Below, piece after piece: positions 26,546-40,430 of a DNA stretch of 64,000 nt. This DNA is from Raja brachyura (Eukaryota): the NCBI GenBank assembly GCA_963514005.1, contig OY740814.1, forward strand, positions 11,904,001 to 11,968,000. The letters are read 5' to 3'. The position numbers were made by a program, and so were the translations under genes. Under the pieces are notes generated by a model. That model had not been told where the DNA came from, ran no database searches, and worked only from the letters and a program-made list of their open reading frames with translations. Each line of letters opens with the position of its first letter. Position 1 is the first letter of the stretch.

Positions 26546-28084
26546 CACATCATATTTGTGTTGAACGTATCTATTTTTTTATTAATCATAAGGTGAAGCT
26601 CACAGCACGAATAAAGGTATATTTTGTGGTGAAATTCTGACATATTTGTCGTATCATCAGTAATTTCCGCAGCAAGTGGTGGATTTCTGCAGATGTAAAT
26701 GTTGACAAATTCCAGGCATTTGATTGGGATGGCTCTGGCTAATGAAGATTGCCAGCTAACTTGGAGAATAGACCAATGGTGCAGGAGATTAGAGATGGAA
26801 CATTTATTTTTGTTAAAACCAGAGTTTGCAACCTTTCTGAAATTGATCTGAGGCAGAATGTAAGCATCAAGATATTTTCAACAAGATAAACCATTCCACT
26901 GAAAACGATATATGCCCTGTTAAAATAAAACTGTCAGTCGGGCAAATGTGTCAAGAATTTGCCATAATTCAGTTAACATCTACCAGATGTGGGATATTTT
27001 CAGAATTCTCAATATGTTTAATATGTTTAATATTAATATATTGAAACTTTATGGTTGAGGTCAAAAGGCAGTCTTACCAAAGCCTTTAACCACAAACAAA
27101 ATATATCAAAGAGTTTGATTACAATTTAGCTGTGAGATACATGTAACATAATTATACAGATGCAAATAACGGCCACTTTTTATGTATGTCTACTCTGCTA
27201 TTCTGAGTACTATTTTCTCTATTTTAATTGCATTGCCAATGCATGTATAGCAAATATTCTTGACAAATTCATCGCCTTGGACCCCAAGATCCCTTTATAC
27301 ATCAATGCAGTTCAGGGTCTTGCCATTAACCGTATACTTTCCCCCTTACAAAGTGCAGCATGTCACAGTTACTCATGTTAAACTCCATCTACTTTTTTTA
27401 TGCTTATATTTGTTACTGATCTAAATCCAAAAGCAACAGAAATACTGTGGCCAATTAATTCACGGAATGCACAAGAGATTTTATTTTAAATCGGTGTGTT
27501 GAGGAACCTTCAAAGGAACAAACTATTTTAGGTTCAGTAATGCGCAAGGAAAAAGCGTTAATCTATGATCTGGGGTCTTCAGGGAGCAGTAATCATGATA
27601 TGAAAAAATCTTATGTGAAGATTAGAAGTGATTTAGTTCAAATAGTTCCAAATAAAGCAAACTACAGATGCACAGGCGTCTATGATAGATTGGGATCAAC
27701 ATTAAACACATAACAATAAACAACCACTGGCTAACTGTTATTGAATTAAGAAATTGTTTACAAGTAATATATATATCTAAGGCAAAAGATGTGAACTAGT
27801 CAAGTGGTTGTATACACCGTATATCCCTGACAGATTCCGATTCTCATCATCCTGAACTATCCCTCTATTTTTTCTGTGTAGCTATAAAGGGGAATGAAAG
27901 GTTGCATTGGATCAAAATAATCAATGTATAATATTGCCAAATAAAAAACAGAAAACCTTATGATTCAGAAAACATCAGAATTAAATAAATGACGAAAGTT
28001 GAAGCAGAATATAAGGGTAAGGTTAAAAACAGATTGTAAGAACTTCTACAGATAAGTATAAAGAAAAAACAGAACCAAGTCAAG

Positions 28085-28690
28085 CCGAGTTTATTTTTAC
28101 ATGTGCAAGAATGGAGGTATAGGTACAAATGAAAATCTGGCTTGCAGCAGCACCACAGACACCTAGACAGTCAACACACAAAACAAATTATGCATACATT
28201 GCGCATTAAATTACTAACAGAAAGAATACAGTGCCAAAATCATTAACACAAGACACAAATTGTATCAGAAAACAAGACCATGGTAGGGCAAAAGGAGGTC
28301 CATAGTGTTCTGTTTGTAGAGTTAGGATTTGGGTTGTGTGGGGCGGTTTGAGGATCTGATAGTTGTAGGAAAATATCCATTCCTGAACCTGGAGATGTGG
28401 GTTTTCTGTATCTCCTGCCTGATGTTAGCTGTGAGATGAGGACATGGCCGAGACTGTGGGAATACTTGATGATAGATGCCGGCATCTTGAGGCAGCACCT
28501 CAGACAGATGCTTTCGATAGAGGGGAGGGTTATACCCTCGATGGACCAGGTTGAATCCACTACTTTACATTTTCTGACCGTGGGAATTGCTCGGCCCGGC
28601 CATGATGCAACCGGTCAGGATACGTCCTACTGTATATCTGTGGAATTTTTTCAGTAATATGCCAAATGACTTTAAACTTCCACGAGAGCT
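28085..28690 (-). mobile_element. Rex/Babar-like LINE 3' fragment
   Basis: FHRYTVGRILTGCI and LPSIESICLRCCLK..SIIKYSHSLGH..SGRRYR remnants. Confidence 0.65.
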
Positions 28691-28932
28691 GGTGTGCCCC
28701 ATTCGCTGGAACGATAACATTTCTTCAGACCTAGAAAGGTCCCGACCTAAAATGTTACCCATCCTTTTATTCCAGACATGCTGCCTAACCCGCTGAGTTT
28801 CTCCAGTATATGATGTCTATCTCACTTACATTGATATTATTGCAATTTGATTGTGGTATTAAAATATTTAATAGCAAGCCATTTAATAATAGATACTTCT
28901 AAACACTGTGTGACTTTATATTTGACCCTTAC

Positions 28933-29015
28933 CTTCTTGTTGTATTCATGAGCTAGTCTATCCAGTTCCTCCTGCATTACTCTTAGTTTTGCTTTCAGAA
29001 ATCGTATCTGGGCCT
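28933..29015 (-). CDS. TEX9: TEX9 coding exon 8
   Basis: actcag|AG GCC CAG...AAG AAG|gtaagg; 83 nt; EAQIRFLKAKLRVMQEELD. Confidence 0.95.
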
Positions 29016-29428
29016 CTGAGTTCATAGTAATAGAATAAAATTTAAAAAAAATTAATTCAACACAATTTATCAAACAACTACCTTTCAAAATAGTTATCCA
29101 TTATGGTATATGTACCATCAACACTAAATAGTTACTTAACTGAGGACAGATTATAGTGTAATGTGTTTTAATATCAAATTATTAAATTAAGAAGTGTTTT
29201 TCCTTTCATCTGTTGCACAAATAGAATGAGATCAACAACAAAAAAACTGAGAGATCTGTTTCCACGTTGCCTTGCTTTCTATTCCACTCATGCATCAATT
29301 CTGTCAGGCATTTGCAGATATTATCCAATAGCGGCTTTCAAGAAAAATAATACCTTCGACATGAAAAAGATTTCTCAAAATAATACAGGTAAAATGTTTA
29401 TACCTCTCAAGAATGATGAAATATTAAC

Positions 29429-30388
29429 GATTTAGATGAGGAAATTAAATGTGACATCTCCAAGTTTGCGGATGGCACAAAGCTGGGTGGCAGTGAGCTG
29501 CGATGAGGATGCTATAAGGCTGCAGGGTGACTTGGATAGGTTGGGTGAGTTGACAGATGCATGGCAGAAGCAGTATAATGTGGATAAATGTGAGGTTATC
29601 CACTTTGATGGCAAGAACAGGAAGGCAGATTATTATCTGAATGTTGTAAGATTATGAAAAGCGGATATGCAACGAGACCTGGGTGTGCTTCTACATCAGT
29701 CACTGAAAGTAAGCATGCAGGTACAGCAGGGAGTGAAGAAAGCTAATGGCATGTTGGCCGTCACTGCGACAGGATGAGAGTTTAGGGGCAAGGAGGTTCT
29801 ACTGCAATTGTACAGGGCCCTGGTGAGACCGCACCTGGAATATTGTGTGCAATTTTGGTCTCCTAATTTGAGGAAGGACACTATTGCTATTGAGGGAGTG
29901 CAGCGTAGGTTCACCAAGTTAATTCCCGGGATGGCGGGACTGACATATGAAGAAAGAATGGATCAACTGGGCTTGTATTCACTGGAATTTAGAAGGATGA
30001 GAGGGGGTCTTATATAAACATATAAAATTCTTAAAGGATTGGACAGGCTAGGTGCAGGAAAAATGTTCCCAGTGTTGGGAGAGTCCAAAACCAGGGATCA
30101 CTGTTTAAGAATAAGGGGTAGGCCATTTAGGACTGAGATGAGGAAAAACATCTTCACCCAGAGTTGTGAATCTGTGGAATTCTCTGCCACAGAAGGCAGT
30201 GGAGGCCAATCACTGGATGTGTTCAAGAGAGAGTTAGATTTAGCTCTTAGGGCTAAAGGAATCAAGGGGTATGGGGAAAAACCAGGAACGGGTTACTGAT
30301 TTTAGATTATCAGCCATGATCATATTGAATGCAGTGCTGGCTCAAAGGGCCTACTCCTGCACCTATTTTTCCATTTTTCTATGTTTCT
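29429..30388 (+). mobile_element. CR1/HER1 LINE, 5'-truncated, fairly young
   Basis: KFADGTKLG, YRALVRPHLEYCVQFWSP..EGVQRRFTKLIPGM; tail TTTCTATGTTTCT. Confidence 0.9.
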
Positions 30389-32564
30389 GAACACATTGTG
30401 TCTCTTTTTCCTTGGAAAGAGAAGGTTAAGCAGGTTGATGGTCTTTTAAATTATTCATGAATTTGAACAGTGTGGATGTCGTAAAGATGTTTCCGCAGAC
30501 CAAAATTAAAGGCCCTAACATAAGATAGCCAGCCACTACTAAATCCAAATGGAATAAGGAGACACTTATTTATTCAGATAAATAAACATATCTAGGTTTC
30601 CCTTAAATACATCGTATGAATCATCTCAACTACTTTCTCCAGTAGGAAGTTCTCCATTCCGTGGAAACTGTCCAACTGGAGGAAGTAGTTGTGATGATCC
30701 ATAAGATGTATTTAAGGGAAATCTAGATAAGTGTGAAAGTAGAAAGAAAATAAAAGGATCAGTTGATGAGCTCAATGAACAAGTATGTTCCATGTTCTGT
30801 CCATTTTGAATTTGAATTGCAGCAACAGTCTGAACATGAATTGCAGCATTTTGGATTTTCGTGATGGAAATATGAGCGTACATGGTAGCTCTCAGACATT
30901 CTATTGCTTCTCCTTGTCCTGTAATGGAAGATGTGACCTCTGGCTTCTAAGGCAGAATGGGTCTGGAACTGCTCAAATGGAGCTGGCTACCATTTCCATG
31001 CTGGAAAAGCTTTGTGAAATGCGCCATGATTTGTTGATTTTTCTTTCCTCATTTCCAGATTGTTTTTCCACAAATGCCTGGCTAGTTACAGTCCTTGGAT
31101 ATAAAAGGAGCAATGCACAAGAATGGGGTTGTTGAAGGCGTGTCTGCTTGCTTCCACTGTCTGCAGCTTCTAAAACAAAAGGGATTGTGTGAGGAGGGAT
31201 TGTGTGAGGAACATGGAATGTAAGAACACATAGGAATGCGGATATCATTTTATTCTATGATTTAAGACCTGCCATGTTGACAACCTTAGAAATAGCCACT
31301 CCAAAGATAGTGACCACAGTCTCCTCAATGAGGGGAAGAGATGCAGCTGTCCCAACTGGTTAGCTGCTGCTCCCTTCATTTATCCTCTGCATAGCAAGAA
31401 CATAGGAATGTAAGTAGAATGTTAGAATATTGGGCATGTTCCATCTTTCAGTGAAATCATGTATTTGTGACCTTGTCACATGGCTCAAATTCCCTTGGTA
31501 ACTTTGGATTGTAAAAACCAATCACCCTCAGACATAATAACATTAATTGTACTGCAAGAGAAATTGGGATATTGAGTCAAGCAATTTGTTAAGATGATGT
31601 GTGGCCATTATTGAATAGCTGTAAATGTACACAGTTTCTGATATATTGGTGTGAAGCTTTCAGCAGAGTTTGCTGTATTGCAGGGGAGGATGTGATTGCA
31701 AGGTTAGAGTCCTGGTAGCCATTTGACAGGGAGGTGTGATGTACTGAGCAATTGTTGACACAAGTAGTCCATTTCATGGTGTATGGCATCTGAAGATAGA
31801 TTCACTGGCCTTGTCTACCTTTCCTGGTGATTGTAAGGGATAAGGAGGATATTCAGAGAATATAAAGTTAGGGGGGGGGGGAGAAACACTGAGATTAGAA
31901 AAAAAACAGCCTTCAAACTACTTCCATTAAATATCTCATACAATTATAGTTAAACAGCATGGAAACAGGCCTTTCAGCCCAGCTCACCCTTGTTGACCAA
32001 GTTGTCTGCCTGCACTAGTCCCATTTGCCTGTGTTAGGCTTATATCCCTCTTTTCGATCCATGTACCTGTTTAAATGTCTTATAATCCTAATTGCCTTTC
32101 TTATATCATAGAACCAGAGTTTATTTTTTGATACTTACCAGTAGTGATAGACTTCGAAATCACAGGGTACAGTTATATACAGATTGACTGCTCTGTATCC
32201 CTAACAGTAACTATGGTGTTTATGAAGGCCACAGCCACTTGACATTAGTAGTTTTGGAAAGTAACCACTGTATCCTCAACAAATACATGTGTACCTGTTC
32301 AATTTTTGGTATATAACAAATGAGACCTGACCAGACAGGGATGGTTGGCCAAATGTGCAGGAAATGTACTGGGCAAAGTTGAGGTAGTCAAGATGGATAA
32401 CTCACAGAGCTAATGGCTGACAAATCGCTGGGACCCGATGTCCTGTACCCAATGTTTTAAAAGGAAGTGGCTGCAGAGGCAGTAGTCCCATTGGATAAAA
32501 ATTTTCAATACTCAAATTCCGAGATGGTACGAGATTTGGAAAACAACCAATGTGATTCCCTTGT

Positions 32565-32688
32565 GTAGGAAGGAACTGCAGCTGCTGGTTTAAACCGAAG
32601 ATAAGACACAAAATGCTGTAGTAACTCAGCAATACAGGCAGCATCTCTGGAGATGGGTGACGTTTCGGGTCGAGACCCTTCTTCACAC
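32565..32688 (-). mobile_element. 124-nt Penelope-derived hammerhead-core insertion, 14-bp TSD
   Basis: TGTGATTCCCTTGT at 32551-32564 and 32689-32702; minus strand begins GTGTGAAGAAGGGTCTCGACCCGAAACGTC. Confidence 0.85.
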
Positions 32689-34837
32689 TGTGATTCCCTT
32701 GTTCGAAAAAGAAGCAAGGCAGAATGTGCAGAAAAGTAGGCCAGTTAGTTTAATATCTATTATTTGCAAAATAATAGAATCAATAATCAAAGTGGAAATA
32801 TTTAACCAGTAAGGAATGCTGAATATAATCAAACCTAATCAACATAGTTTTCGCAAAGGTGTCTATTTGACCAATTTACTCAATTATTTTCAGAATATGA
32901 CAGGAGAGGGGAATTTGTAGTGTAATTAGATTGATTAGGTGTAGTATTCAATCATGGTAGTATTCAAGTATGGTACATACAAGTAAGAGACCGAGGTACT
33001 GGGCAAGGCTCGTTACCATGATTGAATGATGGCTGTCACATAGAAAACAACTAGTTAGATAACATTCAGTCTGGAGGGTCTAATGGAGTACTGCAGGATT
33101 GGTTCTTGAACCACAAATTTGTTCACTATTTACACAAATGACCTGAGAGAGGGAACAAACTGTCAGGGTTCCAAGTTTGATGATGATACAAAATTAGACA
33201 AAAAAGACGTTGCTATGAGGATATTGTGATTCTGCTCAAATAGAGTGATTGGGTGAAAAACTGGCAAATGAAAATTAATGTGGGGAGCTGTGAATGTTTA
33301 CACATTTTGGTAATAAAATCAAGAGGCAGATTCTTATCTGATTCGAGGGACTGTAAATGAAGCTGTAAATGAATAATAGAGGGATCGAGGTGTTCTAGTG
33401 CATGCATCAGAATAAGTTAGCAGGCAGTTCTACTACTATCTCACCCCCTCACTATTTAATATATCACTCTATCAGATTATTCCTCAGCTTCTTCCATTCC
33501 ACTATCCAATCTCTCCTAGTAACCAAAATGCTCCAATCCAAGCAACATCCTGGTGAAAATCCTCTGCACAAGCGCCAAGATCTTACAAATTCATTACAAT
33601 TTTTAACCTAATCACTTGCCCAATTAAATTTCTAGCACCACCCTCCAAAGTTTTAATTTTAAAAACTCCATTAAAAATGGCATTATGGGAAAGGTTTTTT
33701 TAATCAAGTGACTCGATTAGCTTCGCAATTTGAATTTCAATTTAATTTCATCAATCATACTGAAGCAGAGTAAGAAACTGAACTGATGGAAGCTTTCATT
33801 TTAGACCCTAGAAATTCAGTCACATTACACAAATGCCAACTTCATCACTTAAAGTTTGCCAGGAAGCTGACTGTGGCTCTATGGTAATTAAATCCGAAGT
33901 ACCAATATCAGGTGCACCCTAGGCCTCACCATTTAGATAAAACGATTCATCTATGCCCCCAAATATCTGGGCCCAAGAGTGTGAGCATTTCATTCCACAG
34001 CCTGTTCTGAACCATTGGGAGCAACGGCAACAATGAACAACGAGCAAGTGACTCTGTTTTCTTTAGCTAGGAACAGCTAAGACAGAATGGAAAGAATATG
34101 GATATTGGGTGATGGCAGGATACTTAAAATGAGGTTTTAAAGGACACACTGTGCTTGTAGAATCATAGACTAGCAAACACTTCATGTCATTATGAGAAGG
34201 AAACAAAGAGAATATAAGTAGCAGTAAAAAGAAGATGAAAGAGCAGGGAATCAGAGTTATTGGGATGAGAATGGAAAGTGGCCAAATATCAATCCAGCCA
34301 TAGTCTTGTAGCTGAGGTTGACGATCAAATTAAGTTCTGATGCTACTGAATTTCAGGACCATGTCCTATTCTACTCTCATGTTTTTATATCCTCAAAACA
34401 GAAACATAACTGATTAAAAAAATCTTGTTCACCTTGTTGATTACTAAAAAATACAATTTAAAAATCTGTTTTCCCATGCTATTAATTCAGGAGCTACAAC
34501 TTAAATAGTCTCTTGCTCTTTCTTAATTCCTATTTATATTTGTGATATATATTTGTAATATTAATTAATCTAAAACTTAAATTGTTTAAACCTAACAAAT
34601 CAATTTATGGGCTTTCGTAATTCATCAAATTAGGACCCAAGTTCTCCATTCAGCAAATTTAAATTTATTCCACAATATTTAATTCTATCCAAATGTTTCT
34701 TGCTCACATTACTGGTAGTGACTGAAATGCTTGTGATCAATGTATCCAAATGAAAATACCTTGTCTCTGAAAAAAATTGAGGCTTTGAACAACCGAATTG
34801 TGCAGTGTAAAGAGTAAAGCGATGCATTCCGACCCAC

Positions 34838-35013
34838 CTGTGCTCATTTGATTGCCAACGCTTGGCATTATCACATCTTCTACAACAGCAGGACTTCCGT
34901 CCTCCAGCTGACATTCAATTTTGCTAATTGTCTTAGCAAGGGAGAAATTGGAAAAGTCCTCTGGAACTGCAACATCATCAGCCATGTGTAATTCAAGACT
35001 TTTATGTTTAGCA
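34838..35013 (-). CDS. TEX9: TEX9 coding exon 7
   Basis: ttttag|T GCT AAA...AGC ACA G|gtgggt; 176 nt; ADDVAVPEDFSNFSLAKTISKIE. Confidence 0.95.
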
Positions 35014-36586
35014 CTAAAATTTAAAAAAAAAGTTTTTATTTTGCACTTTTCAGTTCAGAAAAGAATTTTCTGCTGAACTGGTATATTTAAAATGAGAACA
35101 CATCAAAATACTAGTTATTATTAAATAAATAAAATCAAGTTATGTCACTTGGGTATAAGTGAGAAAATATTGCACCGCAAACCGCGTTGGCTGAATCATT
35201 AAATTATTTAATGTACATTAAAAATGTATGGAAACAAAAATATAAAATATAATTCTAATCCAGTGGGCATTCTGTTTCATATGTGATTTTTATTCGCTCT
35301 GATTTAAATTTATAAAATGAAAAGTGATTTGCACCAGAACAAATTTCACGTGTTTAAAACATTCATAATTGGCTAGTCAGATACATTTTGACAAATTAAC
35401 TAATTCATTTCATAGTTCCCTTTACATTTTCCTAATCCAATGCACTCTTTTCAAAGAACGGTTCACTTGACAAGGAATCTGGAACAAACGCAAACAAAAT
35501 AAAACTATAATAATAATAATATGTGTATGTGTATGTTCTAAGCTTACAGCAGAGTTTATTGAATAATTGTCTTGCTAAAATGTAGATGGATTTTGTCTTG
35601 TAAGACAGAGGTGTTCAAACAAGGGCCTGTACATTCTTTGTAGCTAATAAGTGTTTGTAATTAGACTACACAAATATGTTAGTATTCAGGCTTTTGTAAT
35701 TATTTGCTTTACTCTGTTTATTTTCGAATTCGAAAGGAGCCCCTTTTTCCTCCTTTTACATCGTGAAACTTTAGAAACAGAATACAATGGTACTAAGTAA
35801 ATTTAAAGAAAGAAACATCTGTTACAAAGTTAAAAGAGGTTTGCATGTATCAGGTTGTTAGGCCAGGACCTACTTTATATAGAACTGTTGCAGTGCAAAG
35901 AAAACAGTTGTTCCAGAGTGACTTTGACAGATACTCCTTAGAACAACAAGCTACTTTACTGGGCAACACACCAAGAGTTGAATTATGAATGCTGCCTTCT
36001 CAGTACAAAAGTGAACTGTAATGAATTTCAAGATTTTAGCTGTCAATTAAAAAATGGTTAAACTGCATTTAATTCCAGAAATTTTCAGATATGCAATGCA
36101 GAAACCATTGCACAATATTGCTAGATAACATGTCTTAAAGTACTGAAAGTTTTCCTTTCAGAAGAGAAATTAGGGAACTCTGCCACCTACAGAGGGTGGT
36201 AGGAATTTGGAATTATTTTACTGTGATCAGCAATTGATATTAGATTTTAAATCTGAGATTGAGAGATTTTAGTTAACTGCAAGTATGAAGGAGTGGAGGG
36301 ACAAGATGGTACCCGAAGCTGAATCAATGATCAGCAATGATCTTATTGATTGTCAGAACAGGCTTAAAGAACTAAATGGTCTCTGCTTAGCCAAAATTAC
36401 TTGCAGCCTTAGAACTCTTAATCTTAGTTCCAGTTTAGGTTACACAAAGCAAACTAGGAACTTAAATATAAATAAATAATGGTAATTGTTAATTTGATTC
36501 TGCACATTTAACATCTTGCTTATCAGGTCTTTTTGAACACTAAGTGCTATATCAGATATATGGTATGGATGTTTAGAAGATTTTAC

Positions 36587-36663
36587 CTTGTCATTTTCTT
36601 TCCTTTGCTTTCTGAACATGGTCTGGTTTGTTCTACGTTCCTCAATCCAACCTTACTTTTGTT
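36587..36663 (-). CDS. TEX9: TEX9 coding exon 6
   Basis: ctttag|AAC AAA...ACA AG|gtaaaa; 77 nt, phase 0-2, fits neighbours; NKSKVGLRNVEQTRPCSESKGKKMT. Confidence 0.8.
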
Positions 36664-37999
36664 CTAAAGTACACAATTGAAAAAAAAAAAAAAAGATTTC
36701 TGTCACTATACAGTTAAGATTTCAATATGTGCAGTATCATGTTTTTCATTTGATAGTATTTAAAGCTAACAACAGACAAAATATATTCACAACGTCTAAG
36801 AACTCAATGCAGGGAAATCTCAAGGAGAAGTGTGCAAATAAATGGTGCAAAAGCACTTTAATACTCACAAGACACTGTTCAATAATTTTGGTTGGAAATT
36901 TCAGGCGTGCTAGGGAGAGATGTAAAGAGGAGGGGCGTTGCATTATTGATCTAGGAGTCATCACTGCAATACTGGGGGAGGGTGACTCAGAACGCTCTTC
37001 AAATGAACCCATATGAGCAGAGCTTCGGGGGGAAAAAGGCAAGAATTTCCAAGTCAGGAGGAAATAGAGGAGATGGTATGTTGGCAAATCATGGAAAGAT
37101 GTAAAAGGAACAGGATTATAGGAGTTGAGAATTTCAATACCCCAATATGAATTGGCAATGTGAAAGGATTAAATGGTCTTATGGTTAAATGGTTAAATGG
37201 TAAAAGAATAAGGGGTAGGCCATTTAGAACTGAGATGAGGAAAAACATTTTCACACAGAGAGTTGTGAATTTGTGGAATTCTCTGCCTCAGAAGGCACTG
37301 GGGGCTGATTCACTGGATGCATTCAAAAGAAAGTTAGATAGAGCTCTTCGGGCTAGCTGAATCAAGGAGTACGGGGAGAAGGCACGAACTGATTGTGGAT
37401 GATCAGCCATGATCACATTGAATGGCGGTGCTGGCTCGTGCACCTATTGTCAATGTATCAATACAGGTAAAATAGGAGTGAAAAAAACCCCCAATTAATT
37501 ACGTTAACCAGCAAAAAACCCAACAACACAAAGATATGACTTTCAACAAAGCAAGACATTTTATAACACAACAATGATTGACAAAAAAAACAACTTCCTG
37601 TTACGTGTAAAGTAGGTCATAGCAAGATTATAATTAGAAAGCAAGTTAAGAACCCACTGTGTGAACTGCATATATATTTTTTAAAGTAAGCAAATTATCT
37701 TTGCACTAAAACCATCATACCCTACAATCATGAGGGTAGGGATACATGTAACATATTAGGCCTATTTAAGTTTTCAAGTTGTAGAAAACAACATAGAAAA
37801 CATTTACAAGAAAGGAACCAAGATGTTTGGAAGAGCAATTAAAAATAAATTGTCAATGTCATCATTATGAAAGTTTAGATTTTTATTCTAATTATTATTT
37901 TTATACAGGATTCACTGAAGAAATAATTGGGTTTCATATGTCTTTTTAAAGAATCATTGATTTGACTGCTTTTAAAGTTGATAACTTTATTTGTGGATT

Positions 38000-38580
38000 G
38001 CTATAGAATCATACAGCATTGAAATAAGCCCTTCGGCTCAAATTGCCCAAGCCGGCCAAGATGCCCCATCTACACGTCCTATCTGCCCTAATTTAGAGGC
38101 CCATGTCCCTCTAAATCTTTCTTATCTATGTATTTGTCCAAATGTCCAAATATTGTTATAGTACCTGTCTTAACTTCCTCCTCTGGCAATTTGTTCCATA
38201 AACCCACCACCCTCTGCATGAAAAATCGCCCTTCAGGTTTCCTATTAAATCTTTCCCCTCGCACCTTAAACCTATGTCCTCTGGATCTTGATTCTCTTAC
38301 TCTGTGGAAAAGACTGTGCATTTACCCTATCTATTCCGCTCATGATTTTATACATTTCCATAAGATCTCCCTCAGCCTCCAGCACACAAAGGAATAAAGT
38401 CCTAGCCTGCCCAACTACTCCCGATAGCTCAAGCCCTCATATCCTGGCAACATTCTCATAAATCTTCTCTGGACTCTTTCCAGCTTCACAAAATCCTTCC
38501 TGTAGCAGGGTGACCGATATGCCAAATGCGGCCTCAACAATGTCTTGTACAATTGTTACATAACATCCCATCTTTTATTT
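38000..38580 (-). mobile_element. CR1-type LINE 3' fragment
   Basis: SRSRGHRFKVRGERF..FFMQRVVGLWNKLP. Confidence 0.8.
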
Positions 38581-38589
38581 TCAATATAG

Positions 38590-39360
38590 GGAAGCCAAGA
38601 ACTGCAGATGCTGTTTTATACCGAAGATAGACACAAAGTGCTGGGGTAACTCAGTGGGTCAGGCAGCATCTCTGGGAAGAAAAGAGGGGTGACGTTTCAG
38701 ATTAGGACCCTTCTTCAGAAGTTTACATGTACCTCATTTAACCTCATCTACTGCATTAGTGTTCCCGATGCGGAGTCCTGTACATCGGCAACACCAAACG
38801 TAGACTCTGCGACCATTTAGCTGAACACTTATGCTCAGTCCGCCTAGGCCTACGGGATCTCCCGGTTGCCAAGATTTCAACTCCCTTTCACATTCACAGT
38901 CTGTCCTGGGCCTCCTCCATTGCCAGAGGGAGGCCACATGTAAATTGGAGGAACATCACCTCATATTTCGCTTGGGTAGCTTACAACTCAGTGGTATGAA
39001 CATTGAATTATCTAATTTTAAGTAACTTCTGCTTTCACTCCACTCTCCTCCCCCTCCCCCCTTGCTCCCTTCCTCCACCTAGTTGTTTCACCAGCTCCAC
39101 AGTTCTCCATATTGTTTTTACCTCTTGAGATCACACCTTCACGAGCCAACAATGGACCTGATCAGGCATTGCCATGCCCGAGGTCATTTGTGGCCGGTCC
39201 GGATTGTTCCTGGTCTTTTCTCGCCCCAACCCCCTCCCCCGCCTCCACCCCTTATTTTCTGTTTGAAGAAGGTTCCCGACCTGAAGCATCACCTATCCTT
39301 TTTTCTGCAGAGATGCTGCCTAACCTACTGACTTGCTCCAGCACTTTGTATCTATCTTTC
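38590..39360 (+). mobile_element. Penelope fragment: inverted pLTR piece, GIY-YIG remnant and 3' pLTR
   Basis: SVLGLLHCQREATCKLEEHHLIFRLGSLQLSGMNIE; opposing hammerhead-like cores at ~38690-38718(-) and ~39262-39292(+). Confidence 0.8.
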
Positions 39361-39769
39361 TATATTCAGTATGCTTATTGAAGGCCAATGCACCGAATGC
39401 CTTCTTGATTATTCTATCTACCTGTGACACCATTTTCAGGGAACTAGGTACCCACACTCCAAGATTCATCTGCTCTACAACACTCGCAATACCTCTCACT
39501 TATATTAATTCCTCGGCCCACCTGATTAAGATCCTGCTGTAATTTTTGATAACCATCTGCTCTGACTACAATATCAGCCACTTTAGTGTCAGATTGTTTT
39601 TTAATGAATGGAAAAAGAGAGTGAGATAACAAATGCACTTGAAAGTTTTTTTAAAATAAAGACAAACTTAAACTAATTCACTTTACATCCCTTGCAAATT
39701 ACAAATGGTTGTTGGCTGGATAAAATAAAAAAATTGGCCATAATTACTTATAGCGATGCAAGAATTACT

Positions 39770-40155
39770 TATAGAGACGTACAAAATTACTTAAGGGGTT
39801 GGACAGGCTAGATGCAGGAAGATTGTTCCCGAAGTTGGCGAAGTCCAGAACAAAGGGTCATAGTTTAAGGATAAGGGGGAAGTCTTTTAGGACCGAGATG
39901 AGAAAATCATTTATCACACAGAGAGTGGTGAATCTGTGGAATTCTCTGCCACAGATGGTAGTTGAGGCCAGTTCATTGGCTATATTTAAGAGGGAGTTAG
40001 ATATGGCCCTTGTGGCTAAAGGGATCAGGGGGTATGGAGAGAAGGCAGGTACAGGATACTGAGTTGGATGATCAGCCATGATCATATTGAATGGCGGTGC
40101 AGGCTCGAAGGGCCGAATGGCCTACTTCTGCACGTATTTTCTATGTTTCTATCTT
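39770..40155 (+). mobile_element. CR1/HER1 LINE 3' end
   Basis: SRTKGHSLRIRGKSFRTEMRK..QRVVNLWNSLP; TTTCTATG tail. Confidence 0.85.
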
Positions 40156-40234
40156 TCTAAGAAGCTATTTGGCTACCATCTGCTGACAAGGTAATCCCAT
40201 TGCATTACTCTCCAACTATTTAATTATTTTTTCC

Positions 40235-40430
40235 ATTCACCCACACTCATGTAATTTACGGAAACCAATGAACCTCTCAGCAGGTTTTTGATATATGGGA
40301 GAAAACCCCGAAACCTGTCCAGTCATGAGAGAACATGCAAACTCCATACAGGCAGCTTCCGAGGTCAGGGTTGAACCCAGGTTGTTAGAGCTATGAGAGG
40401 CAGTGCGAACTGCCGAACCACCAAGATGCC
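40235..40430 (-). mobile_element. HE1/V-SINE-like SINE, decayed
   Basis: GGTTCAACC B box and GGAGTTTGCATGTTCTC core on the minus strand. Confidence 0.6.
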